NCBI RefSeq assembly: GCF_036365525.1
Contig: NC_090390.1
Coordinates: 86,208,252 to 86,272,251 of the forward strand
DNA length: 64,000 nt
Reading direction: 5' to 3'
Source of the DNA: Heterodontus francisci
Lineage: Eukaryota
The position numbers and the translations under genes are program-made. The notes beneath the pieces were generated by a model that saw only the letters and a program-made list of their open reading frames with translations, had not been told where the DNA came from and did no database searches. Below are positions 35,971 through 48,400 of this stretch, one piece after another (the stretch's first letter is position 1; each line of letters opens with the position of its first letter).

Positions 35971-36105
35971 ATAGGGTGATGGGCGTGACCAGGATGACAG
36001 CGAGGGCGATGGGCGGAACCAGGATGACGGCGAGGGCGATGGGCGTGCCCGGGATGACGGCGAGGGCAATGGGCGTGACCGGGATGACGGCGAGGGCGAT
36101 GGGCA
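35971..36105. repeat. 30-bp CpG-rich tandem repeat, about 4.5 copies
   Basis: Unit GGGCGTGACC(A/G)GGATGACGGCGAGGGCGAT. Confidence 0.95.
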
Positions 36106-36126
36106 GGGTCATGACCGCGGGCCTCC

Positions 36127-36140
36127 GTTGCGATGGAAAC
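36127..36140. promoter_or_regulatory. RFX X-box-like motif GTTGCGATGGAAAC
   Basis: One mismatch from the typical X-box GTTGCCATGGAAAC; 17 nt upstream of the DPCD ATG. Confidence 0.6.
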
Positions 36141-36157
36141 CTGGCAAGTGCAACAAG

Positions 36158-36221
36158 ATGGCGGCGCAGAGTTGGTTAGAGAGTCTGCGAGGAGCAAAGA
36201 AAACAGCGGTGGTGCAGGACG
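36158..36221 (+). CDS. DPCD: DPCD coding exon 1
   Basis: MAAQSWLESLRGAKKTAVVQD; strong Kozak AAGATGG; G|gtgaga donor; 64 nt. Confidence 0.95.
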
Positions 36222-36470
36222 GTGAGACCAGGGTCCTTGTCCGAAACTGGTAGAGGTTGAGTTAGCAGATAGAGTCAGGGAGGGAAGCCGGCGCCCCAGA
36301 GATGAAAAGACATTGACCAGAGAGCATGAGGGAAGCAGCCAAGCTGTTAGAGAAGGGGAGAAGTCGGTGCTGGGGGAGGGGGGGGGAATATTGTATAAAC
36401 TCTGTAAGTAGGCAGTAATGCAAATGTTAGGGTATAATGGAGCGAACAGAATTCAGACAAAACACTAAAA

Positions 36471-36602
36471 TGAAAGCAAAATACTGCAGCTGCTGGAAAT
36501 CTGACATTAAAAACAGGACGTGCTGGAAATACTCAGCAGGTCTGGTAGCATCTGTGGAGAGAGAAGCAGAGTTAACGTTTCAGGTCAGTGACCCTTCATC
36601 AG
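36471..36602 (-). mobile_element. Penelope-like P1 terminal fragment with canonical hammerhead core
   Basis: Minus strand CTGATGA-AGGGTCACTGACCT-GAAA-CGTT-AACTCTG. Confidence 0.7.
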
Positions 36603-36796
36603 ACAAAACACCACTGGTGTAGGAAGAGGAACGAGGTTGGGGTGCGAGATTGGGTGAGGTTGAGTGCCAAGTCTTTGGAGTTGACAAACACTCAAGGTTA
36701 AAGATTTAATATTAACAGTGATGATTCACTACAAAATATATGTAATTTTGCAGTTTGTGCCCCTGTATTGACTGCAAGTCTGACTCTTGACTTTGA

Positions 36797-36952
<156 letters not shown>

Positions 36953-38192
36953 TAGTTTCATCACAGTCTGCTGGTAGTTAAAGGGTTTGTTTCCTGGTTC
37001 TTTGGTGAACTGTATTAATCAGCCCTTAAAATAAACAGTGCATTAAAATAGAACAGAATTTTATACAAACTCTTTGAAAAACTTGTACTTGGGAGGGTAC
37101 TGTCAAGGGCAAGGTGCCTTTTTGGCTATCCCTAGCTGTCCTGAGAAGATGTTAATGGACCTTCTCTCGGATAAGCTACATATATCAATATACAGGGCCC
37201 TGTTCTTTACAGACAGAAAGAACATGTATGCACATTGCGCCCATTTTGGAGAGAAGCAGCGGGAGAGGAGAGCATTCAAAGAGCGCGCCAGAACCCCGGA
37301 GATTTGGAGAAAAGCAGCAGGAGAAGAGAGCATTCAAAAAGCGTGCCAGAATCGCGGAGATTCGGAGAGGAGCGGGAGGTGCGGACGCAAATCAAAAATT
37401 GAAAAGTGACTTCACAATCAACAGAGCGCAGGGAAACAGAATGCAGGCCGGGATGAGTATACTGGTAAGCTTTTAATTTAATCTAAGTTAATCAAATATG
37501 AAATAAAACTTGATCGAATCATTAGTATAAAAACTAAGGCGGATTTTATAATTTACCATATAGAGAGAGAGAGAGAGAGAGAGACCAGCAGGGACGGTGT
37601 TGGTTCAAATTAGGAGCTGGGTAATTAAAAATTTTTCAATGCTGGTAGTGTAACGGTAAGTGTTATAATAAGAGTATAAACACAGAGCAGGCCTAGATGT
37701 ATTAATTACAATTGATTGTTTAAACAGGTACTTTTAATTTAAATCAAACATGGCATCAAACATCCAAATATTTAACATCCAAATTAATTAATTAAACAGA
37801 ATAGAGATGGCTGGGCAGGTGATGTGTTTCAGCTGTAGTATGTGGGAGCTGGTGGACGCCGGTGCGATCCACGTTGGCCACATCTGCAGCAAGTGCTGGC
37901 TTCTCGAGGACCTTCGGTTCAGAGTTGATGAGCTGGAGTTCAAGCTGCGGGCACTGTGACACATCAGGGACAGGGAGCGTTACCTGGACACTGTGTGTTT
38001 CAGGAGACAGTCACACCCCTGAGATTAATTACATCAAATTTGGACCGTGGTCAGGTACAAGAGGTTGTGACTACAAGTAAGGCAGGTGTGGGGATCCAGA
38101 ATTTAGCTTTGAGGAGCCTCAGCCAGTGCCCCTATCCAATAGGTACGAGGTTCTTGTTCCTTATGTGGGGGAGGATAGAAACTGCAGGGAGG

Positions 38193-38544
38193 ATAGAAAC
38201 ATAGAAAATAGAAGCAGGAGTAGGCCATTCGGCCCTACGGGCCTGCTGCGCCATTCATTATGATCATGGCTGATTGTCCAACTCAGTAGCCTGTTTCCGC
38301 TTTCGCCCCATACCCGTTGATCCCTTTAGACCCAAGAGCTATATCTGACTCCTTCTTGAAAACATACAATGTTTTGGCCTCAACCGCTTTCTGTGGTAGC
38401 GAATTCCACAGGCTCATCACTCTCTGGGTGAAGAAATTTCTTCTTAACTCAGTCCTGAAAGAATTACACCAGATCCTTAAACTATGACCCCTGGTTCTGT
38501 ACTCCCCCACCATCGGGAACATCCTTCATGCATCTACCTTGTCA
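38193..38544 (-). mobile_element. Short CR1 3' fragment inserted in ORF1 of element A
   Basis: RNFFTQRVMSLWNSLP; close relative of 61408-61780. Confidence 0.85.
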
Positions 38545-39266
38545 AGGATGAGCAAACTGACCACAGCACCGTGGTTCAGAGTGCCATTCAAGTGGGGGGA
38601 GAAAAGAGAAATGTAGTAGTAATAGGGGATAGCGTAGTTAGGGGAATAGATACTGTTGTCTGCAACAAAGACAGAGAGTCCCAAAGGCTGTGTTGCCTAC
38701 CTGGTGCCAAGGTTAAGGTAATCTCTTCTGGGCTGGAGAGGAACTTGGAGTGGGAGGGGAAGGATCCAGTTGTCGTGGTCCACGTAGGTACCAATGACAA
38801 AGGTAGGACTAGGAAAGAGGTTCTGCTGAGACTATGAGCAGCTCGGGGCTAAATTAAAAAGCAGAACCTCAAAGGTAATAATCTCCGGATTACTACCCGA
38901 TCCACATGCAAATTGGCGGAGGGTAAATCAGATAAGAGAGGTAAACGCATGGCTCAAAGATTGGTGTGGTAGAAATGGGTTCTGATTCATGGGGCACTGG
39001 GACCAGTACTGGGGAAGAAGAGAGCTGTTCCATTGGGATGGGCTTCATTTGAACCATGCTGGGACCAGTGTCCTGGTGAATCCTATAACTAGGGCTGTAG
39101 ATAGGACTTTAAACTAATTAGTGGGGGGGGAGGGTTCAATTGAAGGGAAGTTTAAAAAATAAAAAAGACATGAGAGCCGAGGTGCAGGGGTAATTGGAGG
39201 CAAACGGTAAACAAAGTGTGACAAGAAGGGGCAGAAAATATAAGCAGAGGAGTGTAGCAGAAATTA

Positions 39267-42200
39267 GTCAGAGTTTTAGCACAGAAACAGGCCCTTCGGC
39301 CCATCATGTCCGTGCCGGCCATCAAACACCTAACTATTCTCATCCCATTTTCCAGCACATGGCCCATACGCCTTGTACACTATGGCTTTTCAAGTGCTCA
39401 TCTAAATACTTCTTAAATGTTGTGAGGGTTCCTGCCTCTACCACCTCTTCAGGCAGTGCGTTCCAGATTCCAACCACCCTCTGGGTGAATAAATTTTTCC
39501 TCAAATCCCCTCAACCTCCTGCCCCTTACCTTAAATCTATGCCCCCTGGTTATTGAACCCTCCGCTAAGGGAAAAAGTCTCTTCCTATCTATCCTATCAA
39601 TGCCCCTCATAATTTTGTATACTTCAATCATATCTCCCCTCAGCCTTCTCTGCTCTAAGGAAAACAACCCTCGCCTTTTCAGTTTCTCTTCATAGCTGAA
39701 ATGCTCCAGCCCAGACAACATCCTGGTGAATCTCCTCTGCACCCTCTCCAGTGCAATCACCTCCTTCCTATAGTGTGGTGCCCAGAACTGGACACAGTAC
39801 TCCAGCTGTGGCCTAACTAGCGTTTTATACAGCTCCATCATAACCTCCCTGCTCCTATATTCTATGCCTCGGCTAATAAGGGCAAGTACCCCATATGCCT
39901 TCCTAACCACCTTATCTACCTGTGCTGCTACCTTCAGTGATCTATGGACAAGTACACCAAGGTCCCTCTGACACTCTACTTCCTAGGGTCCTACCATCCA
40001 TTGTATATTCCATGCCTTGTTAGTCATCCTGAAATGCATCATCTCACACTTCTCTGGATTAAATTCCATTTGCCACAGCTCCGTCCATCTTATCAGCCCA
40101 TCTATATCGTCCTGTAATCTAAGGCTTTCCTCCTCACTATCTACGACGCCACCAATTTTTGTGTCATCTGCGAACTTACTTATCGTACTTCCTTTATTCA
40201 CGTCCAAATCATTAATGTACACAACAAACAGCAAAGGTCCCAGCACCGATCCTTGCTGTACACCATTGGTCACAGGCTTCCACTCGCAAAAACAACCCTC
40301 GACCATCACCCTCTGCCTCCTGCCACTAAGCCAATTTTGGATCCAATCTGCCAAATTGCCCTGGATCCCATGGGCTCTTACCTTCTTAACCAATCTCCCA
40401 TGCGGGACCTTATCAAAAGCCTTAGTGAAGTCCATGTAGACTGCATCAACTGCATTATCCTCATCTACACATCTAGTCATCGTCTCGAAAAATTCAATCA
40501 CGTTAGTTAGACACGATCTCCCCCGACAAATCCATGCTGACTATCCCTGATTAATCCCTGCCTCTCCAAGTGGAGATTAATCCTGTTCCTCAGAGCTTTT
40601 CCCAATAGTTTCCCAACCACTGATGATAGACTCACCGGCCTGTAATTACCTGGTTTATCCCTGCTACCCTTTTTGAATAATGGTACCACATTTGCTGTCC
40701 TCCAGTCCTCTGGTACCTCTCCTGTAGCCAGAGAGGATTTAAAAATTTGTGTCAGAGCCCCTGCTATCTCCTTCCTTACCTCACATAACAGCCTAGGATA
40801 CATCTCATCTGGGCCTGGGGATTTATCCACTTTTAAACCTGCTTAAAAAAAGCTAATACCTCCTCCCTTTCAATGCTAATTTGTTCAAGTATATCACAAT
40901 CCCGCTCCCTAATCTCTACACCGACATCGTCCTTCTCCATAGTGAACACAGATGAACTGTAATCTTTTACAACCTCACCAATGTCCTCCGGCTCCACACA
41001 CACATTACCACTTTGGTCCCTAATGGGCCCTACTCTTTCCCTGGTTATCCTCTTGCCCTTAATATATTTATAAAATGCCTTAGGATTTTCCTTTATCTTG
41101 CTTGCCAGTGTTTTTTCATGTCCCCCCTTCGCTCTCCTAATTACTTTTTTAAGTCCCCGCACCCCCCCCTACACTTTCAGTACTCCTCAAGTGCCTCCGC
41201 TGTTTTCAGCACCATGAGCCTCCTTTTTTTTTCCTTATCCAATCCTCTATATCCCGTGTCATCCAGGGTTCCCTGGACTTGTTGGTCCTACCCTCACCTT
41301 AACGGGAACATGTTGGCTCTGAACGTTCACTATTTCCTCTTTGAATGACTCCCACTGTTCTGGTGTAGACTTTCCTATAAGTAGCAGCTCCCATTCCACT
41401 TTGGCCAGATCCTGTTTAATCATATTAAAATCGGCCTTCCTCCAATTTAGTAGCTTTATTTCCGGTCCGTCTTTGTCCTTTTCCATTTGTCCTTTTTTTT
41501 TTGAAAGACATGAGGACAGATAAGTCCCCGGGGCCAGACGGGATATACCCAAGGATATTACGGGAAGCGAGGGAAGAGATTGCTGCGCCTTTGGCGATGA
41601 TCTTTGTGTCCTCACTGTCCACTGGAGTAGTACCAGATGATTGGAGGGTGGCAAATGTTATTCCCTTGTTCAAGAAAGGGAATAGGGATAACCCTGGGAA
41701 TTATAGAACAGTCAGTCTTATGTCGGTAGTGGGCAAATTATTGGAGAGGATTCTGAGAGACAGGATTTATGATTATTTGGAAAAGCATAGTTTGATTCGA
41801 GACAGTCAGCATGGCTTTGTGAGGGGCAGGTCATGCCTCACAAGCTTTATTGAATTCTTTGAAGATGTGACAAAACACGTTGATGAAGGAACAGCAGTGG
41901 ATGTGGTGTATATGGATTTTAGCAAGGCATTTGATAAGGTTCCCCATGGTAGACTCATTCAGAAAGTAAGGAGGCATGGGATACAGGGAAAGTTGGCTGT
42001 CTGGATACAGAATTGGCTGGCCCATAGAAGACAGAGGGTGGTAGTAGATGGAAAGTATTCAGCCTGGAGCTCGGTGACCAGTGGTGTTCCGCAGGGATCT
42101 GTTCTGGGACCTCTGCTCTTTGTGATTTTTATAAATGACTTGGATGAGGAAGTGGAAGGCTGGGTTAGCAAGTTTGCCGATGACACGAAGGTTGCTGGAG

Positions 42201-45200
42201 TTGTGGATAGTGTGGAAGGCTGTTGTAGGTTGCAACGGGACATTGACAGGATGCAGAGCTGGGCTGAGAAGTGGCAGATGGAGTTCAACCTGGAAAAGTG
42301 TGAAGTGATTCATTTTGGAAGGTCGAATTTGGATGCAGAATACAGGCTTAAAGACAGGATTCTTGGTAGTGAGGAGGAACAGAGGGATCTTGGGGTCCAT
42401 GTCCATAGATTGCTCAAAGTTGCCACCCAAGTTGATAGGGTTGTTAAGAAAGCGTATGGTGTGTTGGCTTTCACTAACAGGGGGATTGAGTTTAAGAGCC
42501 GCGAGGTCATGCTGCAGCTCTATAAGGCCCTAGTTAGACCACACTTGGAATATTGTGTTCAGTTCTGGTCGTCTCATTATCGGAAAGATGTGGAAGCTTT
42601 AGAGAGGGTGCAAAGGAGATTTACCAGGATGCTGCCTGGACTGGAGGGCATGTCTTACAATGAAAGGTTGAGGGAGCTAGGGCTTTTCTCATTGGAGCGA
42701 AGAAGGATTAGAGGTGACTTGATAGAGGGGTACAAGATGATGAGAGGCATAGATAGAGTGGATAGCCAGAGACTTTTTCCCAGGGTGGAAAGGACTATCA
42801 CCAGGGGGCATAATTTTAAGGTGATTGGAGGAAGGTTTCGGGGAGATGTCAGAGGTAGGTTCTTTCCACAGAGAGTGGTGGGTGCGTGGAATGCACTGCC
42901 AGCGGTGGTAGTAGAAGCAGATACATTAGGGACATTTAAGCGACTCTTGGATAGGTACATAGATGATAGTAGTATGAAGGGTATGTAGGTAGTCTGATCC
43001 TAGAGTAGGTTAAAGGTTCGGCACAACATCGTGGGCCGAAGGGCCTGTACTGTGCTGTAATGTTCTATGTTCTATAACTTCCTTAAATCTTTGAGTTATG
43101 GTCACTGTCCCTGAAATGATCCCCCACTGACACTTTTACCACTCGTCCGGCTTCATTCCCTAGGATTAGGTCCAGTACTGCCCCTTCACTTGTAGGACTT
43201 TCTACGTGCTGGCTCAAAAAGCTCTCCTGTATGCATTTTAAGAATTCCGTCCCCTTTGAGCCCTTTGCACTAAGACTATCCCAGTTGATATTGGGGAAGT
43301 TGAAATCTCCTATTATTACCCTATTATTTTTACACCTCTCTGAGATTTGCCTATATATCTGTTCCTCTATCTCTCCCTGACTGTTTGGAGGTCTATCGTA
43401 CACTCCCAGCCAAGTGATTGCCCCCTTTTTGTTTTTAAGTTCTACCCATATGGCCTCATTTGAGAAACCATCTAAGATGTCATCATTCCTTATTGCAGTA
43501 ATTGACTCCTTGATCAACAGTGCAATGCCACCTCTTTTACCCTCTCCCCTGTCACGCCTGAAGATTCTATACCCTGGAATATTGAGTTGCCAGTCCTGCC
43601 CCTCCCTCAACCATGTCTCGGTGATAGCAATAATATGATAATGCCATGTACTAATCAACGGCCTCAATTCATCTGCCTTACTAGTTAGACTCCTTGCATT
43701 AAAATAGATACAATCCGGCATTGCATTTTTCACTTGTGCCTTAACAGGTCTATATTTGCTGTGCCTTCCAGACTGACTCAGTTTCTCTATGTTTTCACCC
43801 CCTACTGTACCACCACTCTATCCCATTCCCCTGCCAAATTAGTTTAACCCCCCCCCCCCACAACAACACTAGCAAACCTCCCAGCAAGGATGTTGGTCCC
43901 TTTCCCGTTCAGGTGCAACCCATCCAACTTGTACAGGTCTCACCTTTGCCAGAAACAGACCCAGTGATCCAGGAAACTAAAGCCCTCCCTCCTGCACCAT
44001 CTCCTCAACCACGCATTCATCTGCTCTATCCTCCTATTCCTATACTCACTAGCACGTGGCACCGGGAGTAATCCAGAGATTACAACCTTTGAGGTCCTGC
44101 TTTTTAATCTGCTACCTAGCTCCCTAAATTCTTGTTGCAGGACCTCATCCCTCTTTCTACCTATGTCGTTGGTACCAATGTGTACCATGACCTCTGACTG
44201 TTCACCCTCCCCCTTCAGAATGTCCTGCAGCCGCTCCGTGATATCCTTGACCCTAGTACCGGGGAGGAAACACACCATCCTAGAGTCTCGTTTGCGGCCA
44301 CAGAAACGCCTGTCTGCTCCCCTTACAATTGAATCTGCTATCACTATGGCTCTGCCAGTCTTTCCCCCCACTGCTGTACCGCAGAACCGTTCGTGGTGCC
44401 ACGAACCTGGCTGCTGCTGCTGCTTTCACCTGAGAGGCCATCCCCCCAACAGTATCCAAAGAGGTATATCTGTTTGAGAGTAGGATGGCTACAGGGGACT
44501 CCTGCATTACCTGCCTGCACCTACTACTCCGTCTGGTGGTCACCTATCCCTTTTCTGCCTGTGCAGCCATTACCTGCGGTGTGATTACCTTGCTAAACGT
44601 GCTATCCACAACATCCTCAGCATCACAGATGCTCCACAGTGAGTTGACCTGCAGCTCCAGCTGCGCAATGCGGTTAGCCAGTAGCTGCAGCTGGACACAC
44701 TTCCTGCACACATGGTGGTCAGGGACACTGGAACTGTCCCTAATTTCCCACATAGGGCAGGAGGAGCATATCATGGGGCTGAGCTCTCTTGCCATGACTT
44801 ACTCTTCGATTAAGCTTCTTAGTTACTCCCTTTAATATAGAGTACTAATTACGCTAAGGACCTTATTCTACTCCAAACACAACCTACTACAATCTAAAAT
44901 CCCTACCTTTACTTTAGCTATTGAAAGTAGTAAAAAAGGGTAGAAATACCCACCTGTTGCTACTTACCAATCAGCTGCCTACCCTTCCAATGCATCACTT
45001 TCTGAACTGTGACGTCAGTCATGGAAATCTCTCGCTGAGTCTGAGAGTGTGCCTCTTTTAAACTGCTGGAACTCCCGCTCGCCAGTGCCTGTCTCCTCAC
45101 AGGTCCGCTCGGTCTCGCTCTGGCCCTGGTCTCTTGCAGCCTCTTTTAAACTGCTGGAACCCCCGCTCGCTGGTGCCTGTCTCCTGACAGGTCCGCTCCA

Positions 45201-45205
45201 TCTCC
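39267..45205 (-). mobile_element. Full-length degenerate CR1 (element B) nested in element A
   Basis: ORF1 44795 MARELSPMICSSCPMWE..CRKC, esterase 43940-44371, EN 43083-43733, RT 39449-41490. Confidence 0.9.
41503..43075 (+). mobile_element. Young 5'-truncated CR1 (element C) nested in element B; uninterrupted 495-aa RT reading frame
   Basis: ORF 41501-42988 without stops, KFADDTK; tail (GTTCTAT)n at about 43060-43075. Confidence 0.95.
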
Positions 45206-48091
45206 GAACCAGGATGAGTAGTAATGGCAAAAAGTCAAAGCTTAAGGCTCTTTATCTGAATGCACGCAGCATTTGTAACAAGATAGATGAGTTGACGGCA
45301 CAAATAGAAATAAATGAGTGTGACTTGTTAGCTATTACAGAGACGTGGTTGCAGGGCGACCAAGACTGGGAACTCAATATTCAAGGGTATTCGACGTTCC
45401 GGAAAAATAGGCAAAAAGGAAAAGGAGTTGGGTAGCTTTGTTAATAAAGGAAGGTATCCATGCGGTGGTGAGTAGTGATATAGGTACAATAGATCGTGAT
45501 GTGTAATCAGTTTGGGTGTAAATAAGGAATAGCAAGGGGAAAAAGTCACGGGTGGGAGTCATCCATAGGCCCCCGAAGATTTGCCTCACTGTCGGACAAA
45601 GTATAAATCGGGAAATAACGGAGGCGTGTAAGAAGGGCGCTACAATTGTCATGGGTGAGTTTAATCTGCATATTGACTGGACAATCAGATTGGCAGAGTA
45701 ACATGGAAGACAAATTTGTAGAGTGCATCAGGGATTGTTACCTGGAGCAATATGTTGCAGAACCAACCCGGGAACAGGCTATTTTAGATCTAGTAATGTG
45801 CAATGAGGTAGGATTAATAAGAGATATCGTAGTTAAGGATTCTCTAGGGGGTAGCGATCACAACATGGTAGAATTTCAAATTCAGTTTGAGGGTGAGCAA
45901 CTCAGGTCTCAAACCAGTGTCCTCAACTTAAACAAGGGCAATTACAGAGGTATGAAGAAAGAGTTGTCTGAAAGCGGGCTGGGAAAATAGACTAAGGGGA
46001 AGGTCAAGGGATGAGCAGTGGCAGACATTTAAGCAGATATTTCATAATGATCAGCAAAAATTTATCTCGATCAAGAAGGACTTGTCGAGAAGGATGAACC
46101 ACCCGTGGTTAACAAAGGCAGTCAAGGAGAGTATCCAATCAAAACCTAAGGCATACAAAGCAGCGAAAATTAGTGGTAGGCCAGAGGATTGGAATTATTT
46201 AGGAACCAGCAGCGGATGACTAAAAAGCTAATAAAGAGGGAGAAAACTGATTATGAAAGTAAATTGGCAAGAAATATAAAAACAAACAGCAAGAGCTTCT
46301 ACAGGTATATAAAAAGAGAGTAGCTAAAGTGAGCGTGGGACCCTTGGAGGATGCGACTGGAGAATTGATAACAGGGAACAGGGGAATGGCAGATAATTTA
46401 AACCAATATTTTGGATCGGTCTTCATGGTGGAGGACACGAAAACATCCCACAGATATCAGATAAGCAAGGAGCTCATGGGAGGAAAGATCTTGTAACAGT
46501 CTCGATCACGAGGGACAAAGTATTTGACAATCTAATGGGCTTAAAGGCAGACAAGTCGCCAGGACCTGATGGCCTGCATCCAAGGGTATTAAAGGAAGTG
46601 GCTGCAGAGCTAGTGGAGGCATTGGTTGAAATATTCCACAACTCACTGGATTCCGGGAAGGTCCCAGTGGATTGGAAAACCGCTAATGTGATGCCCCTGT
46701 TCAAGGAGGGAGACAAAAAGCAGGAAACTATTGGCCAGTCAGCCTAACATCAGTCGTTGGGAAAATGCTAGAATCCATTATTAGGGAAGAAATAGCAGGA
46801 CATTCAGAAAAGCTTAACGCAATCAAACAGAGTCAACATGGTTTTGTGAAAGGGAAATCATGTTTGACAAATTTGCTAGAGTTCTTTGAGGATATAACAA
46901 GCAGAGTTGATAAAGGGGAACCGGTAGATGTAGTGTATTTGGATTTCCAGAAGGCATTGATAAGGAAATATAAAAGATTATTGCACAAGATAGGAGTTCA
47001 CGGTATTGGGGGTAATGTATTAGCATGGATTGAGGATTGGTTAACTCACAGAAGACAGAGTTGGGATTAATGGGTCTTTTCAGGTTGGAAAGACATAACT
47101 AGTGGAGTGACACAAGGATCAGTGCTAGGGCCTCAATTATTTACTATCTATATTAATGATTGGAGGAGGGGGCAGAGTGTAATATATCCAGATTTGCTGC
47201 TGATACTAAAATAGGTGGGAGGGCATGTAGTGATGAGGACATAAGGAAGGGATATAGATAGATTGAGTGAGTGATCAAAAACTTGGGAGTTGGAGTTTAA
47301 TGTAGGAAAGTGTGAGGTCATGCACTTTGGTAGGAAGAATCAAAAGACAGACTATTATTTAAATGAAGAGAGACTTCAAAAAAGTGCAGTACAGAGGGAT
47401 CTGGGTGTTCTTGTGCATGAAACACAAAAAGTAAACATGCAGGCACAGTAAGTAATTAAGAAGGCAAATTGAATTTTGGCCTTTATTGCTAGGGGGTTGG
47501 AGTTTAAAAATAGGGAAGTCTTGTTGCAACTGTACAGGGTGTTGGTGAGGCCCCACATTTAAGAAAGGATATACTGGCATTGGAGGCAGTTCAAAAGCGA
47601 TTCACTAGGCTGATTCCTGGGATGAAGGGGTTGACTTATCAAGAACAGCTAAACAGATTAGGCCTTTATTCATTAGAGTTTTGAAGAATGAGAGGTGATC
47701 TTATTGAAACGTACAAGATTCTGAGGGGCTTGACAGGATGGATGTTGAGAAGATGTTTCAACCAGTGGGGGAATCTCGAACTAGGGGACAGAGCTATAGA
47801 ATAAGGGGACACTCATTTAAAACTGAGATGCGAAGGAATTTCTTCTCTGACAGTAGTGAATGTCTGGAATTCTCTACCCCAGAGAGTTGTGGAGGCTACA
47901 TCACTGAAAGTATTTAAAGAGCAGGTAGATAAATTTTTGAAATATCGGGGGGTTGAGGGCTATGAGGAGCTGGCACGAAAGAGGAGTTGCGGTCTGGGGC
48001 AGATCAGCCATGATCTTATTGAAAGGCGGGGCAGGTTTGAGGGGCCAAATGGCCTACTGCTGCTGCTATTTCTTCTGTTCCTATGTTTCAG

Positions 48092-48400
48092 CTAAACAAA
48101 ATAAGTGACAGCCATTTGCTGGTTCATTGGTCAAGACATTGCCCTGAGGAGTCAATCAGTCAAGCTGTCTGGTTTAAATTTCAAACAAAGCTTGGCAGTT
48201 AATTGTCAGTCACCATAAACTGGTGCATTCTCCACAGCAATGCCTCTACCATTCAGAGTCCACTTGCCAACCAATCAGCACGCTCTTCTCATACAGTATG
48301 AATTTGTTGTTTTCCCTTGCATTGGTATTCTTGTGAATTGTTCTGATGAATGCAAGACAAAAAGCTTCAACAAAATGTCTATATTTTCAGCAATACTCAA
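48092..48400 (+). mobile_element. Probable Penelope-like terminal repeat, family P2, with decayed hammerhead motif
   Basis: CCAATCAG box, then TTGTT-CTGATGA-ATGCAAGAC-AAAA-AGCTTC-AACAA at 48338-48373. Confidence 0.5.

Larger units (their letters stand above)
35730..36160. promoter_or_regulatory. Putative bidirectional POLL/DPCD promoter (CpG-rich)
   Basis: CpG-dense, repeat-poor region between divergent genes; two CCGGAAAT ETS-like sites at about 35775 and 35800; X-box-like and YY1-like motifs next to the DPCD ATG. Confidence 0.7.
37225..48090 (+). mobile_element. Full-length degenerate CR1 (element A), split by nested insertions
   Basis: Leader 37225-37806; ORF1 from ATG 37807 MAGQVMCFSCSMWEL..CSKC, esterase VVIGDSVVRG..HVGTND; ORF2 resumes at about 45210 (LYLNARSI) and runs to the tail at about 48090. 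Confidence 0.88.

Noticed and set aside
41501-42988. Autonomous or domesticated reverse transcriptase gene
   Set aside because: 5'-truncated with no endonuclease or promoter; it ends in an ordinary CR1 tail.
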